Positions 23,201 to 36,201 of a DNA stretch of 64,000 nucleotides are shown here, piece by piece. The stretch is from assembly GCA_951406725.2 (NCBI GenBank), contig OX597816.1, forward strand, positions 12,772,001-12,836,000. The letters are read 5' to 3'. Both the position numbers and the translations under genes were made by a program. The notes under the pieces were generated by a model that was not told the DNA's origin, made no database searches, and saw only the letters and a list, made by a program, of their open reading frames with translations. The stretch comes from Octopus vulgaris. Lineage: Eukaryota. Within the stretch, counting starts at the first letter, position 1, and every line of letters starts with the position of its first letter.

Positions 23201-23284
23201 ATGCCTGAAAATCGGAACGAACTTGCGATGATATGATTACAAAACGAATTTCCTAACCATCCGTCTATGCTCATATATGCACAT

Positions 23285-23293
23285 GTAGGTATG

Positions 23294-23354
<61 letters not shown>

Positions 23355-23386
23355 TGTATGTATGTATGTGTGTATGTATGTATGTA

Positions 23387-23417
<31 letters not shown>

Positions 23418-23464
23418 TGTGTGTATGTATGTATGTATGTAATATGTATGTATGTATGTATGTA

Positions 23465-23508
<44 letters not shown>

Positions 23509-23522
23509 TGTATGTATGTATG

Positions 23523-23553
<31 letters not shown>

Positions 23554-23579
23554 TATGTATGTATGTATGTATGTATGTA

Positions 23580-23610
<31 letters not shown>

Positions 23611-23616
23611 TGTATG
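23285..23616. repeat. (TATG)n tetranucleotide array with periodic TAA interruptions
   Basis: Read directly. Confidence 0.92.
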
Positions 23617-24254
23617 TTAAACCACATAAAAAAACATATAAAATGCTTTATCATAAAACCTAACGCACGTCTGTGTGCTCGTACATTTGTTCAACTGTCG
23701 ACGTTTGTAGCTTTCTCTGTGACATGTGTCATAGAGAAAACTAATTTAATACTCAGCGTTCGAAAAATCTAAGCAATGGACATCAATTTTCTTTAAGCGA
23801 TAAAATAAATATGACAATATAACCATCTACAGATTGAAAGCAGCGAATTAAAAACAACAACCTAAAGATCGATGTTGCTATTCTTTCCGTTCCAAGAACA
23901 TTGAACCAAAGACATTTTTGCTTTGCGAAGCATTATTTCTTGGGTTGTCGACATTTTTGTGTATGTCTGTGTAGGCGTCTAGATATGTATTCATGTATCT
24001 GACTATGAGCATGTGTTTGTGTTTTTATGTGAGTGTGAGTGCGATTTTTATTATAATTTTTTTTTATTATTATTATTGGCTAATATAACCTTAGTGTTCT
24101 ACCATTTTCTTAAAGCACTGCTGCGTAGTAGATTCCATCATTATGGATAATATTCTCTATTACAATATTCTTTAAGCTTAACAGCACAATCGAGTTGTTT
24201 TGCTTTCTTTTTCTTTCTGATTCTCATCGTCATGTTTGTTGCTGTTTTAGTTTT

Positions 24255-24272
24255 ATCATCAACGTCATCACT

Positions 24273-24316
<44 letters not shown>

Positions 24317-24697
24317 CACCATCCTCATCACCATCATCACCATCATCATCATCAGTATCTTCATAGCCGTCATCGTCGTTATCATCATTATCCATCATCG
24401 TCATCGTCATCATCATCATCATCATCATCATCTTCATCATCATCCTCATCATCATCATCATCATCATCCTTGCTATGATCATTATCGTCATCATCATTAT
24501 GGTAGAATTGTTAAAATGTCACGAAAACTGCTTTGCAATATTTCTTTTAGCTCTTTATGTTTTGAGTTCAAATCCTGCTGAGTTCAACTAAATATTCAGC
24601 TCTTTCAAAATCGATGTAACATTCCAGTAATGGGTGTGTGTGTGGGGGGTCGAAATAACAGGACTTGCTTTACCTTTTTCTTCCTCTTTTCCTACTT

Positions 24698-24730
<33 letters not shown>

Positions 24731-24870
24731 CTTCTTCTTCTTCTTCTTCTTCTTCTTCTTCTTCTTCTTCTTCTTCTTCTTCTCTTCCTTCTCCTTCTTC
24801 TCCGTCTTCTCCTCCTCCACCTTCACCTCCTCCTCCCCTCTTTTTTCTTAATCCTCCTCCTCCTCGTCTT
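24255..24870. repeat. (CAT)n and (CTT)n tracts flanking a decayed SINE-A (24500-24670)
   Basis: Read directly; ttttgagttcaaatcctgctgag B-box remnant. Confidence 0.75.
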
Positions 24871-24993
24871 CACCATGATTCCTGATCATGTTTTAATCGT
24901 TTCAGTCATTGAATTGTGGGGTTTTTAATCAAATAAATCTTCTCCAGTTCTTATGCCTTACGACATACACACATATACACGTTTCTGGGTATG

Positions 24994-25109
<116 letters not shown>

Positions 25110-25137
25110 CATACATATATATATACATATATATACA

Positions 25138-25170
<33 letters not shown>

Positions 25171-25204
25171 TTAGAAGGTTGAAAAGGAATATGTATAAGG
25201 TAAG

Positions 25205-25450
25205 AAGTCAAGGTAGAAAATGGTAAAGTAATTTTATCATAAAAAAACAATTTAGTGCCAGTTTCAGGCATTGAGACTTTTTCAACACTAAGTATGGCAA
25301 AACAATTAAATTTTGGAAAACCTTTTTCATTTAATGTTTCCAAAATTTAATTGTCTGCCATACTTAGTGTTGAAAAAGTCTGAATGACTGGAAGCGGTTC
25401 TAAAATGTTTTTTTATGATAAAATCATTTTACCATTTTCTACCTTGACTT
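25205..25450. repeat. ~115-bp imperfect inverted repeat (pLTR-like fold-back) with decayed hammerhead-like motifs
   Basis: aagtcaaggtagaaaatggtaaa...ttttggaaa versus tttccaaaa...tttaccattttctaccttgactt. Confidence 0.8.
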
Positions 25451-25576
25451 TTTTCCCCATATATATATATATATATATATATATGTATCAAAATTCTAAT
25501 AGAAGAAGGCGGGAAGGACAGTTTATAGTACAAATCACTACGATTGTTTCGGCAATAACTGAATGTTACATGTATC

Positions 25577-25738
25577 GTGTGGCTGTGTGGTAAGTAGCTT
25601 GTTTACCAACCACATGGTTCCGGGTTCAGTCCCACTGCGTGGCACCTTGGGTAAGTGTCTTCTACTATAGCCTCGGACCGACCAAAGCCTTGTGAGTAGA
25701 TTTGGTAGACGGAAACTGAAAGAAGCCCGTCGTATATG

Positions 25739-25770
<32 letters not shown>

Positions 25771-25985
25771 AGTTTGTATATCTATGTTTGTCCCCCCAAC
25801 ATCGCTTGACAACCGATGCTGGTGTGCTTATGTCCCCGTCACTTAGCGGTTCGGCAAAAGAGACCGATAGAATAAGTACTGGGCTTACAAAGAATAAGTC
25901 CCGGGATCGAGTTGCTCGACTAAAGGCGGTGCTCCAGCATGGCCGCAGTCAAATGACTGAAACAAGTAAAAGAGTAAAGAGTATT
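25577..25985 (+). mobile_element. Near full-length, well-preserved SINE-B
   Basis: gtggctgtgtggtaagtagcttg...aaacaagtaaaagagtaaagag. Confidence 0.9.
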
Positions 25986-26076
25986 ATTACAACAATATCA
26001 GTATACATCCACCTCTTTAGGATAGCAGGGTCCCAATTACAGCTAGATCATCAGTTTCTTTTGGTTTTATACTTAC

Positions 26077-26217
26077 ACCATTATGCCATTTTAGCATTCC
26101 AATGAGAAAGAACACCACAGAGTACGTCTGTTCCTTTTCCTGGTTATACTTGTGCAAATCCTCAAGTCTCGAAGATATTTTATTTACGGGAAAATTTTCT
26201 GTTATTGGATTGTCTGC
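26077..26217 (-). other. Candidate 141-nt frame-preserving exon, product unknown
   Basis: ttttcAG|GCA ... GGT|GTAAGT; open frame ADNPITENFPVNKISSRLEDLHKYNQEKEQTYSVVFFLIGMLKWHNG. Confidence 0.3.
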
Positions 26218-27082
26218 CTGAAAATTTCTGGTAGGAGATATCTTACATGTTTTATAGGCGTAAAACTTATAAGCGAACAACTAAAGAAAAGAGTCAAATA
26301 CTGGGGTAATATTAGCCTTCGACGAAAAACTCCTCGTTTTCCGTCGAGGGCTTATATATCTCAATACTACACTATTTTCTTTAGTCAATACACGATGATC
26401 GATTATAGGCTTTAAGTAGTGGGAATGATTTTGAGTAACTTCACATAATTTACTTTAAGGTATGGGTGAATTGAGTTTAGCCTTAACCTCCCCATTCTTA
26501 TAAACACCAAGTAGCTATTTAACTCGCTTTGTGATCGTGAGTGCATGAAACCACACATAGGCGTATGCTTATATTTTCGTGGATGCTTATATAAGCGAGT
26601 GTACACGTGCCATGCAGCTTGTGCGAGGGCGTTTGTACATCCATATCCTTTAACTATTATTTCTAATACTTTTCTCGCTGTTTTGGGTGTTCGTTTATTT
26701 TTTGCAGAGAGTCCAATAACAGAAAAAATTTCCCGTAAATGAAGCATCATGGAGACTTGAATATATGCACAAATATTTTTTGGGATTTGTGATTTTATTT
26801 TTGATCTTCTAAATAGATGAAGCTATTGCCTTCGTTCTGCTGCTTTTCGTTTTACAAAATGAGAAGATACAATGAAAACCTGATATTTTAACGAGTTGCA
26901 TCTATTTATCACCCGATGAGACACATCTGCACCGCCGGGTGCTCCTGGACCAGTTGTTAAGTGTCCCGCTCGTGAAGGATCGATGCTAGTTGTGTCGAAA
27001 CAATTGATTAATAATAAAAATTCTTGTATATTCCATCTTCTGTCTTCATTTACCATGTATATTTACCACTGTGATAAATCAT

Positions 27083-27250
27083 TTTGAAACTGAAAGACAG
27101 AGGAAAGAGAAGAGAAAAGACAAGAAAGAAAATGGAGGCTGCAACAACAAAAGCCTCCACCACGGATTCCCTATGAACTTTGCAACAGACAATTCCATGT
27201 AAGAATCGGCCTCATTGGACATCAAAGACATAAACACGGACAGAGGTGAA
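27083..27250 (+). mobile_element. RTE LINE ORF 3' end (C-terminal zinc-finger-like motif)
   Basis: EEKRQERKWRLQQQKPPPRIPYELCNRQFHVRIGLIGHQRHKHGQR* matches RTE CxxCxRxFxxRIGLxSHxRxH. Confidence 0.8.
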
Positions 27251-27369
27251 GAAGAAGTGGTCAAGAAGAAACCAAATAAATTGTCAGACACATGATAAAA
27301 CGCTGACGATATGTATGTGTATATATATGTGTGTATGTGTATGTGTGTATGTATGTATGAGTGTATGCA

Positions 27370-27413
<44 letters not shown>

Positions 27414-27444
27414 TATCGATATGTATGTATATATATATATATAT

Positions 27445-27946
27445 AATATTAATTAGAGACAAAACCACTATTATGCAAATCAAACAAAGAAAGACTTAAT
27501 CCAATACATAAAAAATTTTATATAAATTAAATATAATTAAGATTAATTAAGATATCCACTACGATCGTTTCTTGTCACTTCAATGGACATTCATCAGGTG
27601 GTTTTCAAGACCTAAAATATAATCAATATTTTTAAGATATAAATTTGAAATGACTAATATATATAAAAAATATAAAATTATCAATGAAAATATATATAAT
27701 AATCAAGAACTATAATAACCTCTATAAACGATTGTATATAATGAAACATAGTATTTAAATTCTCATATTTAAAGATGAAATAGCTAATTTCAAAAAACAA
27801 AAAAACAAAAAAACAAATTGTCTCTAATTAATATTATAATATAATAATATATTATATTTTACTATAAAATTGGATTCAATCATAAATCTGATTTTTCCCT
27901 GTAAATTTGGATTTTTCCCTGTAAATTTGGATTTATTCCCTAATAT

Positions 27947-27977
<31 letters not shown>

Positions 27978-28160
27978 ATATATCAAAATAAAGAACAGGG
28001 ATACCCAGAGGTAATGCAGTACGATCGTTTCATGCAACTCCATTTAATTGAACATTGGAATCATTACATCAATTTAAAATGCAGAGCAATCACCTCACTT
28101 TGAAATTGTATGGATAATACCGGTGCCTCAACTTAAGTACAATCTTCATCTGAATCTATT

Positions 28161-28238
<78 letters not shown>

Positions 28239-28354
28239 TTATCTATCTATCTATCGCTGTCTCTCTCTCTCTATATATATATATATACTATAAAATTGGA
28301 TTTAATCCTAAATCTGATTTTTCCCTGTAAGTTTGGATTTATTCCCTAATATTT

Positions 28355-28360
<6 letters not shown>
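27445..28360. mobile_element. Cluster of Penelope-like pLTR fragments in (TA)n
   Basis: aaaaccactattatgcaa..caaaca also occurs at ~43061; aatctgatttttccctgtaa.tttggatttattccctaat occurs at 27885 and 28311 and, inverted and more diverged, at ~42985; two tacgatcgtttc motifs. Confidence 0.6.
27556..27601 (-). ncRNA. Minimal type I hammerhead ribozyme motif (canonical core)
   Basis: Minus strand CCAC-CTGATGA-A-TGTC(CATTGAAGT)GACA-A-GAAAC-GATC-GTA-GTGG; stem I CCAC/GTGG, palindromic stem III ACGATCGT. Confidence 0.78.
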
Positions 28361-28394
<34 letters not shown>

Positions 28395-28719
28395 GATGTG
28401 ATTCCACACAGTTCCGCCTGCCAAATTCATTAACAAGCCATGGGTCAACTGGTCATCTGCTTGGGACTACGTCAGAAGACAGTTACCCAAGGTGGCGTGC
28501 AGTGGGACTGAACTCAAAAGGTCGCAGTTGCAAAGCGAGTGTCTTAACTACATAACTGCACGAGGCAAATTATTTTTACTTAAAACAATAATGTTTTGAG
28601 GCATTTCTTTTCCTGTTTTCTAAGTAATTCTTGAGATTTCTGTCTCCCCGTCAGCTTTCTTTGTAATTCGATGACAGACGAAGAAATCAACCACTCTAAA
28701 GACTGTTTTTCCTTTATTG

Positions 28720-28870
28720 TTCATGTTACTGGTGTTGTTGCTATTGCGTGGAGGTTGTGGTGCTAATTTTGGTGCTGTCGTTGTTGCTGTTGCTGTCTTC
28801 TTCTTCTTCTTCTTCTTCTTCTTCTTCTTCTTCTTCTTTTTCTTCTTTTTTTTCTCCTTTTTCTTCGTCT

Positions 28871-28902
<32 letters not shown>

Positions 28903-28994
28903 TTCTTCTTCTTCTTCTTCTTCTTCTTCTCCTTTTTTTCTTCTTTTTCTTTGTCTTTTTCTTCCTCTTCTTCTTCTTCTTCTTCTTCTTCTTC

Positions 28995-29082
<88 letters not shown>

Positions 29083-30317
29083 CATCATCATCAGGACTCG
29101 CGCCATTAGCCACAAAGAATAATCTCTAATTCGAGCCTACTCTAAGCTACTAAGAATGCGTGCGGCAACTTCAAGATCCACCCACCACACGCGATAGACT
29201 GGCAGTTGCACGGGCGCGAAAGCTACGTTGTTATCTTCATTCCTTAAACGGTGGCTTTTAATGGGTGAAGAGCTAAACCATCTTGGGGTACAGAGGATTC
29301 ACAATCTAGTCTAGGGCCTGAAAGTTTACCACACCAAAGTGGGTTACAGCATGGTTCCTCTGCTTTGTGGTAGAAGTAGCAAGGAAGGGTGAGAGAAAGT
29401 TGTGGTGAAAGAGTACAGCGGGGGTTCACCCCGCCGGAGCCTCGTGCTGTTGTTGTTGTTGATGTTGTGATTGTTGCTGTTGCTTTTGTTTTTGTTGTTG
29501 AGCGAAGGTGGTGGTGCTGCTGGTGGTGGTGTTGTTAGTGGTGGTGCCTCTGTTGTCTTTCTTGTTGTTGCTGTTGTTGTTGTTGCTGTTATCGTTATTG
29601 GCTGTGGTTGTTGTTGGTGTTGCTGTTGAGTGGATATGGCGTTGGTGGTACTGCTGCTGTTACTCCTGCTGCTGCTGCTCCTGTTGTTGTTGTTGTTGTT
29701 GTTGTTGTTGCTAAGCAACAAGACGGGTAGGGGTGATTAGGTGATGGTCTAGGGCTTAGGAACGGGAGACCCCAGACTTTGGAAAAAAAACTTTTGTTGT
29801 CTTGTTGTAGTCGAGGGTTCTTCGTTGACGCCCGACACCACTGGGAGGTGGCCCTCGAAGTCGCTGGAAATGGAGATCTCCAGGTCCAAATTCTCGAACG
29901 GCCGCTGCTGCTGCTGTTGCTGTTCTCCTTACTGTTTTTGCTGTTGTTGTTATTGTTGCAGCTGTAGTTGTAGTTGTTAATGCTGTTGATATTACTCTTG
30001 TTGTCGTTGCTGCTACTGCTGTGATCGTTGTTGGCGGTGGCGGTTGTGGTTGTTATTGTTGTTGTTGTTGTTGTTGACATATGGCTCCATCTTAGCGCTA
30101 ACTCACAGCTGACGTTCCAATCGCGATTATCAGATCTGCTTTTGTCTTCTTCCATTCATATTTCATCCTTGGAGGTTTCCCTCTCGGCGTTGTCGCATTT
30201 GTTGCATTTTTTTTTATTGCAGTTGGTACAGTAAGTGTGGCTGTAAAAACATCATCGTTTCCACCCTTTCTGCTCTCCCCAGGGCCATGACCAATAAAAC
30301 AATGCTTCATCATTATT

Positions 30318-30349
<32 letters not shown>

Positions 30350-30676
30350 CATCATTATCATCATCACATCATCACCATCACCATGGTCGTCATCATCAAC
30401 AGCATCATCGTCATTATGATCGTCATCATCATCGTTGTCGTCATCATCACCACCACCATCATCATCACGTCATCATCACCATCATCATGCTCGTCATCCT
30501 CATCCTCATCATCATCTCCATCATCACCACTACATATCACAATCATTACCCTCATTTTCATCATTAAATACACTATTATCATTATTGTTATTACTATTAT
30601 CATTACTATTATTATTATCATTATTATTATTATTATCATCATTATTATTATCATCATCATCATCATCATTATTATT

Positions 30677-30747
<71 letters not shown>

Positions 30748-30772
30748 AAGCAGTAGCAGCAGCAGCAGTAGC

Positions 30773-30827
<55 letters not shown>

Positions 30828-31743
30828 CCTTTGTTGTTGTTTTCCTTCTGAACGTAATTATTATTAATGCTGTGCTATCTCTCTCTCTCTGGGCTTGATA
30901 CATGTGAACCGTTGTTAGAGAAGTAAATAGGCAGAGGCTCAGTGGTTCCTCCTCGAAGAGTTTCTGGTTTCAGATCTTCTAGAATGGATCAATATAAGCG
31001 CATACAAGTTAATGAATCCTTGATATAATTAGAATAATCATTATAATTTCAATCATCATCATCAACATCATCATCATCGTCGTCGTCGTCATCAGTTTCT
31101 TGATTCTGACATCGTTATTAGGAGCATTATAATCGTAGTTATTTGCAGCGTTCGAATTCTTCAGCATCATCATCATCATCATCGCCATGAAATATGTAAA
31201 TGCCTGCTCTTCCATCCATCCCTCGCTCCTACCCCACCCTGTTCTTTCTCCTCATAACCAACATGCCATTATCATTATCATTATCATTATTATCACCATC
31301 GTCGTCTTCGTCGTTGTTATTGTTGTTGTTGCTGCTGCTGTCAGTGTCTTCCTCTTTATCAGAGTCGTCGTCATGGTTATCACCAGCACCAGCACCACCA
31401 TCACCACCACCACCACCACCACCACCACCACCACCACCACCACCACCACCACTACCACCATCTTCATCATCATCATAATTACCATTGTCATCGTCATTTT
31501 CGTCTTCATCATAATGGTCCTCATCATCATCACCATCATCACCATCATTATTATCCTTATCATCAACATCACCATCATCACCACCTTCATTATTATTATC
31601 ACCATCATTATCATTATCATCATCACCATCATTATCATCACCATCATCATCGTCATCATTCATCATGATCATCATCATCATGATCATCATCGTCACCATC
31701 ATCATCATCATCATAACCACCACCATCATCATCAGCATCATCA

Positions 31744-31778
<35 letters not shown>

Positions 31779-31780
31779 AA

Positions 31781-31812
<32 letters not shown>

Positions 31813-32129
31813 AACCACCACCATCATCATCATCATCTTCATCATCATCATCATCATCATCATCAGCTGAGGCACCGTTATCATTTTTATTCGATCCCTT
31901 TTTTTAGCGATGGTAGACCACACTGCACCGAATGCCTTTCCCTATTCCAAGCAACCTACCATTTCTTCTGACTGAATAATAGTACCGATGATGATAACGA
32001 TTATTAAAATGATGATAATAATGTGGAGGAGGAAGCAGAAGTGGATGGCGTCGTGGCTGACCACGCCCACCTCCACAATGATGATGACAACATCGGCGAA
32101 TAAGGTGATGGTGATGGTGGTGGTGGTGG

Positions 32130-32161
<32 letters not shown>

Positions 32162-32533
32162 TTGGCGATAGTGGTAGTAGTGGTGGTTGTGGTGGTGGTT
32201 GTGGTAGTGGTGGTGGTGATGATGATGATGGTGATGATGGTGGTGGTGGTGGTGGTGGCGGTGGTGGTAGTAGTGGTGTTGTTGTGGTGGTTGTTGTGGT
32301 GGTGGTGGTGGTGATGATGATGATGATAATGGTAGTGGCGGTGGTGTTAGTAGTGGTGGTTGTGGTGGTGGTTGTGGTAGTGGTGGTTGTGGTGGTGCTG
32401 GTGGTGATGATGATGATGATGATGATGGTGATGATGGTGGTGGTGGTGGTGCTGGTGGTGATGATGATGATGATGATGGTGGTGGCGGTGGTGGTGATGG
32501 TTGTGGTGATGGTTGTGGTGGTGGTGGTGATGG

Positions 32534-32567
<34 letters not shown>

Positions 32568-32740
32568 GGTGGTGGTGGTGGTGGTGGTGGTGGTAGTGAT
32601 GGTTGTGGTGGTGGTTGTGGTGGTGGTTGTCGTGATGATGATGATGATGATACTGATGATTATGACGACGATCAAAAACGATATCAATGCCACGACGGTG
32701 CCAGTTGAGGCTGCTGCTGCTGCTACTACCGCTGCTATTG
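28720..32740. repeat. ~4-kb patchwork of trinucleotide repeats (TTC, TTA, TTG/CTG, CAT, TAG, CAC, GAT/GGT) with short unique islands
   Basis: Read directly. Confidence 0.92.
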
Positions 32741-32972
32741 ACGTTATTAGTTACACACCATCGTACAGTATTGGCAAATTTACCTAGAGAAAAATGTATT
32801 AGATAATTACTTCATTATAAGAATTATTAAATTGTACTAGAAATATTTCATTGAAATGTTCCCATAAATATAGAAAATCATTTAAATATTCCAACAGTCA
32901 ATAATGGCTCAAATGTAATTGCTTTTTCTATAATCAGATAAGCATTATGTTTTTCTAATTCAGGTATATACA

Positions 32973-33485
32973 TCTATATATATAAAACTGTAGTTGTGTG
33001 AGTGTCTGTCCCCTTCGATTTAGATTCCTAACTACTCCCACATTTTGTGGTGCAGTTTAACCAAATTCGGGTATCTTATAGTCGTGATTCATATCAAGCC
33101 CGTCTGAGTATTAGCGCGCGTCTACGATGAGTCTACGATTTTAAAAATAATTTAACATTATTTTTTATTCCATTTTAATGCATAATTTTTCGTGTGTCAA
33201 TGGCGGCGGAGTTGGCGTCCATGGTCACACCTGCACCTGTTTGCTTCTCCCCCTTCTTCCCTCCCTCGTGAAGCTGTGGGAAAGGGAGTGTAAGGAAATC
33301 AACGTCGTAAAGCGTTGTCAAGGAGACCAGCGTTCTTTTAGAACAACGACTTCATGGCTTGAAGACACCAAAACAGAAATGGCTAAGAAGGCCCGAATTG
33401 GCATCTATAAGGGAAATAACTCTCTAAAAATGCTTATATAGTTATTTCCCTTACAAACCCGAGCAACGCCGGGCGATACTGCTAG
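32973..33485 (+). mobile_element. Complete non-autonomous Helitron (513 bp)
   Basis: A|TCTATATATATAAAA 5' end; 3' hairpin CCCGAGCAACGCCGGG (33458-33473) then CTAG|T; AT target and no TSD. Confidence 0.88.
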
Positions 33486-33619
33486 TATATATATATAACG
33501 TTCACCACTTCACCTCCTTATGGTTTAACAGTCCTCAAGTTTGTTTTTTCTGTTTTGTTCTCACTGTCCTGTTTTTGTTACAACTTTAACTCTCCACAAA
33601 AAAATCCCAAATATTATTT

Positions 33620-33845
33620 AATCTGTTTTAACGAAGTGACGTCTTGTCCTTACCTTCGAAACACGGAATAGATAAAACAAAGGACAACTGATGAAGGGAA
33701 TGTTCTTTATGTTGCCTGTCTCGTTTCTCTATTTGTTTCTTTTGTTGTTCGAAAAAAACGTTCGTTTTCCATACTTTTTGTTTTTTATGTTCTCGCTTCT
33801 TATTTTGTTCATTTCTTTTGACGTCCTGTACCCAAATAAGCATAT
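33620..33845 (+). mobile_element. pLTR-like repeat; related copy inverted at 35150-35330 and a stub at ~38895
   Basis: Shared tgacgtcctgt(a/g)c terminus next to (TA)n, and ttgttcgaaa. Confidence 0.5.
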
Positions 33846-33929
33846 ATATATATATACATATATATGTTGGCATGTACATATATGTGTGTATATATGCATA
33901 TATTTTATGTATATTATATATATATTATT

Positions 33930-34040
<111 letters not shown>

Positions 34041-34341
34041 TATAGATATACGCAATGCTACCATTTAATTTCTTATTTTTTCTGTTAAAAGTATTCTTTC
34101 CAACTGTCTACAAACATAGAGACTCTGAAATAATTAATTTATTCTCACAAGCTTGAATATAAAATTTCTCAAATTTGAAGGGATACTAACATGGCCCCAC
34201 GCCATATATGGATTCCAATGGCGCAGTGGCCCACTTGCCATCGGGCAAGCTGGCAAACTGCCCACTCCACCACTGCATATATATATATATTATACGTTGT
34301 AACGTATAATTTCTGTTAAGTTGTTTATTCTTCAGTAACAA

Positions 34342-34376
<35 letters not shown>

Positions 34377-34655
34377 TAAACCTAAATATTAAACTGGCTT
34401 TTCTCAGCATTATATAAAATGGTGCAATCATAATAGATGTCATTTTGTCCATTTTTGTTCATGTTGTTGCGTAGAGTATCGATGTTTTGAAATTGTTCTA
34501 AAAGATATTTTTATGTACCACGCACACAAGGAATTAACTTAGATGTTAATTCTATTTGAATTTGTTGGTGTCTGATTGTTCGATGTAGTTAGCTAAGTTC
34601 GCTTGATACTGAGTACATTCTAGGTATCTGTCTGAATTTATTAATCTCTTTACCT

Positions 34656-34764
<109 letters not shown>

Positions 34765-34770
34765 GTGTGT

Positions 34771-34839
<69 letters not shown>

Positions 34840-34859
34840 AAAAAGGAGATGTGGAACAC

Positions 34860-35000
34860 GAGTTCCTTTCTGATAGATTTTTTAAAAAATCTATCAGAAA
34901 GGAACTCTATCTCTCTTAAAAAATATCTTTTGATAAGCATAACAAATGCGCAACCGGTAAAAAGATCTTTCACCTAATTAAATACACTCTCCCTTACTTA
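34860..35000 (+). repeat. Repeat starting with a perfect 48-bp palindrome; second copy at 38685-38812
   Basis: gagttcctttctgatagatttttt|aaaaaatctatcagaaaggaactc; shared aaaaatatcttttgataagcataacaaat...aaatacactctcccttac. Confidence 0.75.
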
Positions 35001-35030
35001 AATTATTTTGTCAGCATTTTCTTCATTTCC

Positions 35031-35066
<36 letters not shown>

Positions 35067-35081
35067 TCATAAAGCTTCCCG

Positions 35082-35142
<61 letters not shown>

Positions 35143-36148
35143 TACATATATATGTGGGCACAGGACGTCACGAGACATGGACAACATAAAAGTACGAAGC
35201 ACGAGTACATGGAACATGAACTATTCTTTCGAACAACGAAAGACACAAATGAAAAATATAACAAACAGCATAAAGTAGTTGGCTGTTTTTCTAGTCTCGT
35301 ATTTCGAGCATTTAACAACAATATACTCTTTCGATAAAAATGTTGTTTTATACAAATTATACAAAATTTGGAATATTGCGGAGGCTCCACATAAGTTTGT
35401 ATGTGTGTTTCACACACACACAGAGAAGAATATACTCACATATAACCTTAAACAGACACGCACACATAGACAAACATATATTTATATACATACATGTATA
35501 ATCCAAGAAAACGTGGTGCAAATTGAGTAACGGTTGCTGTTAGTTTTCAGGAAAAGAATAGAGAAAAATATATTTACAAAAGAAGATGAGAAAGTGGGTA
35601 AAATAAGTGTAAAAAGAAAGGAGAATGCCGAAAGAGACCAGATTGAAGCAAAGAAAATGTACAGGGAAAAGTGAACAAGAAAAATAAGGGAGAGGGGATC
35701 CCAGAAGGATAAGAGGAAGGAAAAAAGACAAATAAAAGAAATATGACAAAAACAAAAAGGAATGGGCAGATGAGTTAAATATATATATACACATATATAC
35801 ACATACATATATATACATACATGTATATACGTATGAAATACATATATATATATAAAAAAAAAAAAAAAAAAAACCCTAAATGAATACCTATATATATACA
35901 TATATGTATATATATATATATATATATTATATATACGTACATCTCGCTATATATATGCATATATATACATGTACTTCATACCTACATATATAAATATGGA
36001 CATAGAGACAAACACGTACATAGATATCCATATGTATATATGTGTGCGTGTGCTATGCATATATATATATACATATATATACATATATATATATAGTATA
36101 TAGATGAATGTATATATACTTATACAGTCACACACGCACATGCACGCA

Positions 36149-36201
<53 letters not shown>

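Noticed and set aside
28717-32787. Many 100-230-aa homopolymer ORFs
   Set aside because: Low-complexity artefacts with overlapping frames and no splice or codon support.
33685-33770. CTGATGA followed later by GAAA
   Set aside because: I could not build stems I and II with correct geometry, so it is not counted as a hammerhead.
34224-34275. CAGTGG...CCACTG 52-bp mini inverted-repeat unit with an inner gggca/tgccc stem
   Set aside because: Could be a collapsed hAT-like MITE, but the TIR is only 6-7 bp, with no TSD and a single copy here.
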